Positions 53,301-64,000 of a DNA stretch of 64,000 nt are shown in pieces. Each line of letters starts with the position of its first letter. The stretch's first letter is position 1. The notes below the pieces were generated by a model. It made no database searches. It saw only the letters and a list, made by a program, of their open reading frames with translations, and had not been told where the DNA came from. The stretch spans positions 76,641 to 140,640 of the forward strand of contig NW_019218459.1 of NCBI RefSeq assembly GCF_002571385.2, written 5' to 3'. The DNA is from Stylophora pistillata. Taxonomy: Eukaryota. The translations under genes were made by a program, and so were the position numbers.

Positions 53301-56300
53301 CCGCGAAAACAAGCCTGGATTTTCACAGCGGCATCATTCATGTTGCGAAGCTTCGTTCGCACGAGGTATCCTCTTATAGCCATCTGTAAAGTGATGACTG
53401 CGCCGCGGATGAAGTGAAACACAAGTTGATCGTGCTTGCAGAGAATTGTCGCCCTATACCTCCGTTGAATTACAAGGCTTGCCTTTTTCAAGCTAATGAA
53501 CCTCTGCCGTTGTTGTATCATACGTGTTTGAGCTTGTATTCTCACAACAGCTCTTCTAAATGCGAGGAACTCTTCCCTTGCTTTGTGCATCTTAAATGTC
53601 GCCTCGATCAATCTTGCCGCGCGAACTCTTCGCGCCAGTCTTCTGTCTAGCCATCCACGCACGCAAGCCTGGAGATGAATCGCTGCACGTCTACTAGCAA
53701 GGTAACGTTCCCGTTGGCTCCTACAGTTAACTGTAGCTTTGTACTTTCGTTGAATGACTATCGCAGCGTTCCTCACTTCAAGGTATCTCTTACGATAATG
53801 GTAGCCACGCGCAGCTGCTTGTATCACGATGCAGGCACCGCGTTGCACGTGATAATTAACATACTGACGCATGCCAATCACGCGGGCACGGTACCGACTC
53901 TGTAGCATCACAGTGGCTTTCTTGAGCTCGTAGTAGTATTTCCTCGTTAAATAACCACGAGCAAATGCTTGAGCATGAATAATACAGTTACGAGAAATGT
54001 TGTATGACTTTCTGGATTGGTATCCACGATAAGCAGCTTGAATTTTCACGGCACTTCGCAGACGTTTGACCTGTTTCCTTGCTCGGAATCCGCGGAAGTA
54101 AGATTGTATTTGCATTGATGCGAGTTGGAGGCGTTGGAAATTGGAACGAGCATGGCGGCCAAGGAGAAGCGAACGGTAACGACGCTGTATATTTATAGCA
54201 GCCTGTCTTGATGATCGATACCTAGTGCGAGAAACGTACCCTCTGTAGACAGTCTGGATCAGAGTAGCTGATCTGTGTTGGGCCATGAGACGTCTACGGC
54301 CAATGTTACCCCGGACTAAAGCCTGAAGTTGAACAATAGTATCAAGGATGCGGTTATACTCGACCCTCTGGCGGCGTCCCTGTTGTAGAGCGCGGTAGTG
54401 CGTCTGGATCACAACAGCAGCATGTGTTAGCGCCAAAAACTTCTTTCTACTTAGAAAACGACGCGTTAGTGATTGAAGGGTAACGGTGGCCAACCTGACT
54501 CGAGTAAACTCCTTCCTACACCTGTAACCTCTGTAGTATGACTGGATCTTTAATGCAGATAGCTTCATGTGCACAAATTTCTTTTGTACACTCTTCGCAT
54601 AAAGAAATTCTCGAAATCTTCTCTGGATCTTCACAGTAGATGAAAGCAACTTTCCGTAACGTGACCTTGCGAGGCACTTCCTGACAATGGACTGAATCAT
54701 TACGATGGCTTTTCTCTTCTTTAAAAACACCTTCCTTTGCTGATCACATCTGATTAATGACTGGATCTTAATGCAAGCAGACTTTTGATTCATGTACCTG
54801 ATCTTTTCTTTCCGTCCGAGGAGAGCTGCTCTGATATGGACTTGTAAAGTTCTCGTTGCACTTTTCACACGCGCAAACTTCTTTCGCGTTTGATACATTC
54901 TAACGTTAGCCTGTATCATGGTAGCTGCATGTTTCATTGACACGAATCTTGTGCGAGTTTGCCACGCACGCACATGGCTTTGAATTGTGATAACCGCACG
55001 AATTTGCTTCACGCGTTTTCGATCGCACATACCTCTGTATAACGATTGTAGCAAAATCACGCACTTCCTCAAATGAAGATAGTGTTTCCTTTCTTTTCTC
55101 TCAATCACCAATGCCCTGAAGATTCTCTGAATAAGCACAGTCGAGTTTCGAAGGAGCAAAAATCGCCTACGCTGTATGACTCCTCTGATGAAGGCTTGAA
55201 TCCGAATACAAGCCTCTCGTTGCTCAACAAACTTCCTCCTCTCCGCAAATCCTCTCCAAGCAGACTGTCCTACTTTCGCAGCCCGATCTCTCCTTCCTTT
55301 TCGTTTCTTCTGATTGGCCAATACAATACGCTGAAGTCGTAAAACAGATTTTCGGAGGCTTCTGTACCATTCAAGGACCTCTCGACCTTTTTTGAAGGCC
55401 AGGTAGCGGGTCTGGATGCAGTTCACAGCCTGGCGATGAGCACGAAGTTGTCGACGAACCAGGTGACCACGAAACACGGACTGAACAAGAACAGCAGAAT
55501 GTCTCATGGCTTGAAATCTACGTCGCGTCATAGCGGCTCTGGCACATGCCTGTGAGAGAAGACAATGCCATTTCAGCTGAACAATTCTGCTAGAACAAAA
55601 GCGTGTTTCTAAAGTTGAAATATCATCGCAAAATGGAGTACGCAATACAAAAAGGATGTTTTCCAACTAACTGCAGTTCTTACAGTTGTCTCATAAAGTA
55701 TGTCGTACCTGTATAGAAACAACTATCTTCGCAACATTCTAGAAAAAACAAAAGGAAAACAGAAATGTTATATAAGAGAAAACGCAGTAAACGAAGTAAA
55801 ACTCTAGCAAATAAAGGTGATTATCGTGAATATGGAGATCAACTTTTTTAAGGTTCACGTAACACTGGCCAACCTTTTTCAGCTCCAATCGCCTTTTAAG
55901 GCGAAATCGTCTCCAGGCCATCTGAATACAGCGCGCAGCCTTCGTCTCCTCGCGTAGATCCAATAACCGCGCACACAGATAAGCTACATAAGTAATGACA
56001 ACCTAAGAAATAAAGTGCATTGGGTTTTAAATGGAATGTTAAGAAGTCCTAAGCCGTTGTAAAAAAAATGCATTTACTTACCTTCTCATCAGGAATTGTG
56101 TAAGACATGTCGGAGGCCTTTGTCATCAAAGGAACTCCACCCAGTTCTCTTACCTGAAGCAGACAAACGCACAAGCATTCGTAAAATGAAGCTAATTCAT
56201 TGCCCTCGTGAACAAGAGTCTCCAAACTACAGAGTTCGTGCTTTTTCAATATCATAAGGTTCTATATCTTTCCGTGATTTTTTCAAGGATCTCTTTGATG

Positions 56301-59300
56301 TTTCCCAAGAGCTTCGATAAAAAAAAGTTGGTCTCAAAATACTGTTAAAACGTTGATATAGGGTAGGAATATTTCGTTGTTTTTCAGCAAAACCTCAATA
56401 CGTAATCACTTTCCATGACTCACATTTAAATTCCTAACTTTCCAGAAAAGGAAATTTGTGGGATTCCATAATTCATACCCAAAGGTAGTTATCGGAAGGT
56501 CGTAGGATCGTCTTCGTAGCAGCCGAAAATTCTTTTATTCCGAATGTGACATTCTCATAGCCCAAAAATATTACCCTTCACGTAAAAAAAGATAAGTCAT
56601 TTTATCAATCTATAGCATTTGTACTTGTACTCGCCTTCTCTGCCATTGTACGGAAGTTTTCGCGCTCATTGTTTTTCAGTTCCTCAAGAAACGAATTTGT
56701 TCCACAACCTGAAAGAATAAAAGGGAATATGAATTCTTAATAACTCTTTGCCTTAAAGTTTTGAAATTCGGGGATAAAAGAAAATTTTTTCGATAGCAAT
56801 TCGATCACCGTTGTGAGATAAATTTACAACTTCCTCAAAGGCAATCCAAACTGAATTAAAAAAACTTACCCGGGCTGAATATTGCAGTCCATGAGTTCAC
56901 TCCCAATCCTTCCTCACCCTCACTGTCACTTGTGTCGTGTACCCCCGGATTATGGGTCAAACTAGTTTGTTCTTTGATAAGTGACCGGGGGAGTAGTGAG
57001 GGGTGATAATAATGGAGAAGGTAGCACAGAGCACGACCATCCGAAAATGAAACAGTGAAGTTTTCGATCTAAAGGAATGAGAATAAAATTGCTTCAAACG
57101 GTGACCTTGTAACTGGTTTGCATTCTTTCCTGGTTTTTGTGAAGATTGACAACAAAGCTGGAAACCTTTACATGCAACATACGCTTTCGAGTAAAGCATA
57201 GTTAAATCTAAGTTACAGTCTTACCTTCAAGCCGTACAATCTGCAAACCATCTTGCACCATTTAAAAAGCAAGCGCAACCGGTCTGACTGGAAATACAGG
57301 TCTGACGAGTCCCGACGTTTTCCGACGAAATCTGCTTCGTCTCCCTCAATCCAGTTCTCAGCGGCAGTTAACTGATCGCGGAGAAGCCTGGTACTCTCTA
57401 AATGAGCTATTTCCTCCTTGAGAAGTTTTTCGCTCAGAAGAACATTTACCTGTAAGAAGGTTTTCAGAGAAAATGCGGTGTTAAGAAAAAAATAACTCAT
57501 TATATTAATAGTAAAATATGATATCATCGTACTTATCTTGCAATTAAAGGTGTAGTTAAATGGGCGGAGCCCTTTTGGGCAAGACCTTTAACTGTTAAAC
57601 TGCCCTTGCCACACATGAGTATGAGCAGACATCAAGGAAACTGTCAGAGGAACTTGACAAGTTCCTGGGGTGAGGGGTGGGGATTTTACTGTACAGTATC
57701 CCTATTCAGTCACTCGATGGTAGAAGAATTGGAATAATCTCAGGTAGCATAGAGCTCAACGCTGATAAGAACTTAACGTTTTTTTCAAGTAAAACTTACC
57801 TGAAAGTGAAAAATAATCTGCCACAGCAAAGCAAGCGTTTTCTCTCGGTGTCCATCCACGATATGGCGCGCATCAATGGCACCACCTGATAAAAGTAGCA
57901 ATGAAATTTAACCTGCAGGAGAAGCAGTTTTATGGTTCTAGCGAAGTGTCTCAATCCTCCACCGTGATAGAAAATGCGAGTTTTGAGCAAAAAGAAAAAC
58001 TAAACGAATAAATGGACTAACACGAAGATGAAGCGGCGCAAGTACGGTAGGAAGGCGGGAGACAAATGGGCATATCCTTAATTTGAAACGTACTATTCAC
58101 TGTTTCCAAAACTAGCGATCTAATGGAGATTTAGAACATAGCTAGCAGAGTCGCGCAATCAAATTCACTGTACGTAAGCGTGCTCAAAATCCTGATAGTG
58201 CACGCTGATAGCGTCAGCAAATCCGACCTCGCCAGAATTTTTTTTTTTCGCGCGAGCGGCCATTGTTAGCGCGGGGAAAAATAATACATTTCGCGACAAT
58301 AATGGATACAAAAGAAACTCGGCCTACTAGTCCGAAAAGGAAGACAATGTTTCGACCTTTTCCCTTGGGCTAGAGTTCTTAAATGAGGCAGAAAAAGAGA
58401 AAAACAAAGGAAAAGGAGACGGCATCAGCGCCGTCACGATTCGCTTCAACTGATATTGTTGTCCGTTTTTCGCGTCGGATTTTGATGCACAATTCCACCG
58501 GCTATGTTCTAAAACAATTGGTTCATGCTTTCAGCTGTGCACTATCGAGTTATGGAGCACGTGGGAAGTTTGGAGAGCACGAAAGAAGCTAGAGTTGCCC
58601 TCGGCTATCGCCTCGGGCAACTCTTACTCTTCTTTCGTGCTCTCCAAACTTCCCGCGTGCTCCATAACTCGATAGTGCACGCTAAAGCATGAACCAATTG
58701 TTAAATATACACAAGGAAATCGAGACTATTGACTCCTCGTGCTCTCCTATGCGCTACTTCACACACGAAAAAAAATAGTCTTACCATGAATTCCTCCAAC
58801 AAGAATGCCTCTTTGTTTCAATGCGTTTATAAAAAGGTCCACGTTGTGAATTTTCTGAAAACGAAAAGGTTGAAGAAATACTCAAGGTACTGAACAAAGA
58901 GTTATGTGGCATTTGCTTATGAAGATTTGTCCTTAACTTCATAGAGAGGCCGATGAGAATTCAAAGTAAAAATAAGCAAACTGCACCAGGAAAAACGCGA
59001 TTGGCCAAGTCGTAATGGGTTCTGGTTTTTAATCAAATTGGTTGAGAGCTTAGCGCGAGTTTTCTGAACCAATCAAAAAGCAAAGTGAAGCAAAACCGAA
59101 ACAATCCGTATGAATTTCGACATTTTATTGAAAATATATCTATTATTACTAACAGTTCCTGAATTACTACCTGTAATCTGGAAATGGCTGGAACACGAAG
59201 ACTTGCTGACAACTGCCAATTATGGGTCAAAAGCTCAACCACGCGCCTGCAGTATTAAAAAGGAAACAACAGTCAATCTCTGGATTTTTCGTCTCATCTA

Positions 59301-62300
59301 AACGGCGATTTGTGCTATAGAGAATTCACAACTTCATATCGCAACGTAGGTACCCAACTTGGTAAGACTGAAACTACTCACGTTAGACGCAGACCGTCTC
59401 TAAGATCTATCGCGATGTTCTTCACAGCGTAATCCACTTCGTCGATCGGTCTCTGGAGGGCAAGAAATTTTGAAATTGATATTTAAATTAACTTTTTAAT
59501 TCAAAAGCCCAGTTTCAAACATCTGAAGTCGATTTTATAATTCTTCACATGGATTTTGTTACCTGAGAATGCGTGACGGAATAACCCAAGAAGTTCAAGT
59601 GCTTTGTCACGTCACCTTCTCCCTTAAGATACTCACGGGAGAACGTTAGTAGAAGACTGCGGTTTGACTGCGATAAAAAAAATAATAAACAATCAAACAA
59701 ACAATGGAAATTGATAAGAATCTTTGTAAATTCAAGTCCATCCAACAACATTTGGTTAAGTTTGAGAGAATGCCATGCAAAGTCATAACTGATGATCTCA
59801 CAAAAATTGATTTTCCTTCCTGTTTACAGCACCAAACAGAAACCCGTGCCGGTTGAAATAAACGACCTGCTTCGTTAGTGCGCGCACAAACCTTGAATGA
59901 AGCATCCTTGTTGAAGAGACACGGGTCATGATCAATAAGCCGTGTCAATTTCGCACGATCCAAAAACAACACCAACAAGAGAAACTTCTTTAGGGTAAAC
60001 TTTCCCAGCTGCTCCACGTAACCTGATGGGGTATAGAAAAAAATAGCATCTAAGAGGCTCTTATCAATGCTGTCCACTGAAAAATGGTAACGCTGTGTGG
60101 ATGTTCCTGCAGTGTTCCTGGTCGTACGTGCTTAACAAAAAGCGTACATAATGGACGCACAGTCGTACTTCTGTTGGAAAATATTTTTTCATTTCATAAG
60201 TCGCCAAATGTTCCTAGCTATGGTGCTACGCTGTGCGCACGCTTCGGGCTCCGCTATCAGCTTGACGGCTCAGAAAATCAAGAATAAATGAGGATGCTTG
60301 CCGCGAAAGCACAACAAACAAACATTATTGGACTTTTTAAAAATGGGATTCGTACTCTTTTAAAATCATAAATTAAGTGACTTTCCATTACGATCGAACA
60401 ATGAAGGCAGTTTTTCTTTATTGTACTCAAAACGTAATTTTCAGTAATCTTCCAGAACTTTCTACGACCTCAAATTTCATTACTTTCTTGGCCTGGAAAA
60501 TGACTGTGTAATTCCACGACTTTTTCAACTCCAGTGTAAGCGCAGTTGAAAACAGAAAAAGAAAGAAGTTTTTTTATCTATTTGAATGTACCTTCTCGAT
60601 ACAACCCTGGGACCTGTGGATGTGCAAATGCAGTGGCAATATCCGGATTACCAAGTAATCTGTCTGTGATAAAACGCCTCAGCCCATTTACGTCATCGTT
60701 TGAGTGGATAGGGAGAATTTCACCAAATATGGTCTGAAAAAATACAAAAAAATGGAAGAGGATTTAAATACTTTAAGCCCTGAAAGGACAAAGTAAGAGA
60801 GAAAAAAACATTATCTTGCCGAGGAAAGTTAGCAGACCTCTACAGTTCACAATCTTCACTTTTTTTTCAGCTGTGAAAACAAATGTCTGCATGGTGATCA
60901 CTAATCAAACAACTGAAAGGTATTCTGAACCGACTGCTGACTACAATTTAACAACACCAGAAAAAGGAAGCTTTGTGCTGGACTGTTCCACTTGTCTGCA
61001 TTAGGTTGGCAAGGAAGGTCAAGCTAGTTGTTTAAGATCGGTCACACAGCACAGTTAAACACTTAGACCTTGATTCACTCAAAAATTGCTACAGTCGGAT
61101 CCATCATGTTGTTAAGGAAGGTGAAGCTAGTTCTTTAAGATCTTGGAAATTTCTCTGAGACCAAACTTTCGCTCATTGGATGTGGATTTTGTACCATAAC
61201 GGCTCTGTTTTGCTGCTTCCGACTTTCACAGTTGGACCAAAGTATATCTTAGGAACCGCGGCAAAGTGGGTCATTTTTAGAGTCGGTGGATCAGGTTCAG
61301 GAGAAAGAGGTAATTTACAAAAATTCTTGAACGGACTGTACCATTGAGCACGTTTCGAATAAACTTTGTTGACGAGCAACTGTGGGTAGTTTTCTTGGAC
61401 GGGTGTTAGACTCGGATCCATCATGTTGTTAAGGAAGGTGAAGCTAGTTCTTTAAGATCGGTCACACAGGGACCGCGCAGGGGCGTGGGGCTGGGGGGAC
61501 TTTAGCCCCCCCCCCCCACACTTTTTTGGCTGATTAGATCACCACACTTTTTACTTAGAAGTTAGTCTATTCATTTAAATTTGGTCAAATGTGAAGGCCA
61601 GTTTGTTACTCGTTGTTTATAAGAATTGAAAATTAACTTCACTTTTGGCAGTTTTAGATCCATTTCTAGCCATTTCAGAAGACTTTGATTTCATATTTTC
61701 CCGGGAAAGCATGGCCCCCCCTAGTTGGCTCATGCTAACGCATTCGCATTAGTACCCCCACTTGAAAATCCGCTCCGCGGACCCTGTCACATAGCACGGT
61801 TAAGCAACTAGACCTTAATTCACTCAAAAATTGCTACAGTCATTGGGATCATTTACTAACTGCCACGGAGCAGAACGAGAGTGTTCCTGAGACAAGACAG
61901 TGTCTTGTTACCATCTTCATTACCTCAAGTCCAATCCGCAGCCATAATGGGTTGTAAGACAAGATCATGTCAGTAACTTGCTTCTTGATTCCTTAAAAAC
62001 ACAGGAGACAAAGTGATGCCATCAGAACTTCCTTCAATAGGAGCAAGGGTGGGTAGTGAAATGCTTTCAGAGGGCATATTTTAGCCCCTCCCATTGATCA
62101 TCCTAAACTTGCATCTCTCCAGAATATGGAGACATGCAGGGAATTGCCACTATTTTTTTTGTTACTATAACAACACACAGGGTTCACTTTATCCCATAGC
62201 CTTCCATTAACCACACCCTTTTCCCTTTTTTTATGCATAAGTGGTTTGCATATGTGGATCTCCAGGAAAACACAGCATAAAGGAGAATAGGGTTGTTACA

Positions 62301-63276
62301 CTAACAAAAGTCAGCAAGGCTTCTTTAGAAATGGATTGGAACCAAAAAATGAAACTGGATTATTGACATATGCATAAGATTCTGCAAATCAGAAATCAGA
62401 TGTGAAATAATTACACTGTGGGTTGCAATTAGTTTGTGACTTTGTGGTTTCCCTTGGCATGTTTTCATCTTGAATGAAACAGGTCACAACAGAATAAACA
62501 ATTTTGAAGTATTTCATAGGCTCGCAGTTGCCTGAGTTTGACAGTTAAGTCTATAGAGCATATGTCTGGTTTACATGTAACTATCTATATTGTAATTCTT
62601 GATTTACCACTGCTATGTCAAATGTGTAAACCAACCTAAATCTGCATGTAACTTTTTGTCTGGTCTGATGGTAAATCGTCCATTTTCCACCTCGGCTTCA
62701 ATCTTTCTAATTATGTACCCCAAGGGTTCTGATTGGTACAACAAACAGGCACACCTTCTTAAACGGGCCATCTTACGCCTAGCAGTGTAGGCCCTAAGGG
62801 AGAGGGCCTCTTTAGTTGGGGCTAAAGGCTGAGACTTCTTTATGTCTTGAGTTCCTCCAAGGATCATATTTCCTTTCATAAGAATTAAAAATACATAATT
62901 AAATATTTTTATAAAAAGGTTTGTATCCATTTTCTGAAGGTGTTCCTCTAGAGCTACTGGGACACTTACGATTTGTCCAAACTGGTCAAAGAGATCAGAT
63001 AACAAACAGATAACAAATAACCATGAATTCAGTTATGGATTTGGGGTGCCCCACAAGATCACTCAATATACAAATGGTATCCCATTTTGCGATGAGGTGT
63101 ATTCAAATTAAAAGAACCTTTCAAAAAATATCTATTCCTGCTTTGTAATTTATTTGTTGAGTACAATAGAGCAAGCTTGGGTACTCTGCAAAGTTACCTC
63201 TACTGGCATCAGCTTGTACTTCGGAATCTGTTACGTCAGGTGGTGTCAGCACAAAGTTCAGCCATTTAGTGAAACC
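48481..63276 (-). CDS. ASPM: Abnormal spindle-like microcephaly-associated protein; 5' end lies beyond the window
   Basis: [49 protein letters not shown] domains, dozens of IQ repeats (exon 55549-51836), C-terminal ARM-like [13 protein letters not shown]. Confidence 0.96.
49351..49470 (-). mobile_element. tRNA-like SINE fragment flanked by ~70-bp direct repeats
   Basis: GTAGCTCAGTGGTTAGAGCATCCGACTAGATCACGGAGGGTCGTGGATTCAAATCCC (A and B boxes); repeats at ~49277-49346 and ~49483-49552. Confidence 0.7.
50341..50380 (+). repeat. (CT)n microsatellite
   Basis: About 20 units seen directly. Confidence 0.95.
58513..58702. mobile_element. Foldback (palindromic) MITE; related half-copy at ~421-518
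   Basis: ~88-bp inverted arms from AACAATTGGTTCATGC... to ...GCATGAACCAATTGTT. Confidence 0.8.
61143..61411 (-). pseudogene. Frameshifted copy of an ASPM-like N-terminal (ASH-region) exon inside an ASPM intron
   Basis: [29 protein letters not shown], continuing in a shifted frame as [17 protein letters not shown]; resembles the ASPM N-terminus recalled from vertebrates (PPVLSLSHF..FGDV..G.S.T..L...NP); flanked by 48-bp direct repeats. Confidence 0.65.
61467..61786. mobile_element. GC-rich MITE CAGGGACCGCG...CGCGGACCCTG with 5-bp TSD TCACA
   Basis: Inverted termini; an empty paralogous site is visible at ~61014-61096. Confidence 0.75.
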
Positions 63277-63433
63277 TGGAAGACAACAAAACAATGAAAG
63301 GCTAAGCCAAACCCCTCTGGTACGACACCCCACTGCACATTTCCTCTGGCAGATTTAAGCTTGACACAAATTTTTTTCAGAAATTTCAATGCCCTTGATG
63401 ATGTTTTACATACAAAATTAATGCATTAAAGAG

Positions 63434-63980
63434 ATGTGAAAGTATAGTGTGATCGTCCGGGTGAGTGTAGTCCTGAAAAGGGCTGTTGTCGGTGGTAGTG
63501 ACTGACGTTTCGACAGCCTGTGCGGAAGTCATCATCAGAGTCAAGTAAATAGTTGTTGTCATTAGAATGTTCTTATTTCAGTTCATGTAAAATGATTGGT
63601 CAGTTTTGCCGTGATGTTATTGGCTGTAAGACTCAAGTGGCGTAAGTCCGTCGTGATTGGTCTGTTTTGATCCATCAGTAAAGTTAAGGCATTCTGTTCG
63701 GTTCGTTTGTAATGTTTATGTCGTGAATGAGTCGTTTGTATAGGGCCAGTAGTAGTTGACGCCTGTTTAGGGGAGTCTGTTCTAAGTTAGTAAACCAGCT
63801 TTCAAGAGTCAGTCGTTGAAAGTAGTCAGTGCTGTAGGTTAGGCATTGCGCAGAGTCCCAGTCAATATTGTGGTCAGTCACCACCACCAACAACAGTCCT
63901 TCTCAGGACGACACTCACCCAGATGGATCGATCACACTACACTTTCACACGTTACCCCCGGGTTCAAGCCATTTACTGCA
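63434..63980 (-). mobile_element. Penelope-like retroelement 3' remnant (GIY-YIG C-terminus, inverted pLTR segments)
   Basis: HNIDWDSAQCLTYSTDYFQRLTLESWFTNLEQTPLNR; ~63436-63500 is inverted at ~63880-63947. Confidence 0.8.
63499..63543 (-). ncRNA. Minimal type I hammerhead ribozyme
   Basis: TGACT-CTGATGA-TGAC[13 nt]GTC-GAAA-CGTC-AGTCA: complete core, stems I and II pair, palindromic ACGT in place of stem III. Confidence 0.75.
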
Positions 63981-64000
63981 TTAAAGAGAGATGAGAAAAT

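Noticed and set aside
51968-55342. Short ORFs overlapping the ASPM IQ exon
   Set aside because: Antisense or off-frame shadows with no motifs.
1-64000. CRISPR array or prokaryotic defence system
   Set aside because: The sequence is intron-containing animal DNA; no repeat-spacer array or operon is present.

Overview
This is eukaryotic, AT-rich genomic DNA with short GT-AG introns. The repeat landscape (Penelope-like elements with minimal hammerheads, tRNA-head SINEs, TTAA MITEs) suggests an anthozoan cnidarian, probably a stony coral; that assignment is inference. Left to right the window holds: (1) a minus-strand gene with a long Gly/Ala/Ser/Thr low-complexity exon, a TRAF-type PIQEE motif and a C-terminal Death domain; (2) head-to-head with it, a plus-strand gene that splices in phase into disordered N-terminus + OTU deubiquitinase + C-terminal Death domain; (3) BUB3 (+); (4) NUBPL/Ind1 (-); (5) a 3-exon orphan gene (+) behind an RFX X-box-like site; (6) INPP5E (-); (7) SURF2 (+); (8) the 3' part of ASPM (-), including a 3.7-kb IQ-repeat exon. 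There are three single-N scaffold joins (2787, 10455, 12348); two of them sit between near-identical duplicated blocks that are probably assembly or haplotype artefacts. The best candidate for an undescribed system is the divergent Death-domain pair (putative TRAF adaptor plus OTU-DD deubiquitinase). Other notable items are a pseudogenised copy of the ASPM 5' exon inside an ASPM intron, an intact-looking minimal hammerhead ribozyme, an INPP5E CaaX ending in Leu, and nested or filled/empty transposon sites. Exon boundaries were read by hand; no database search was run.
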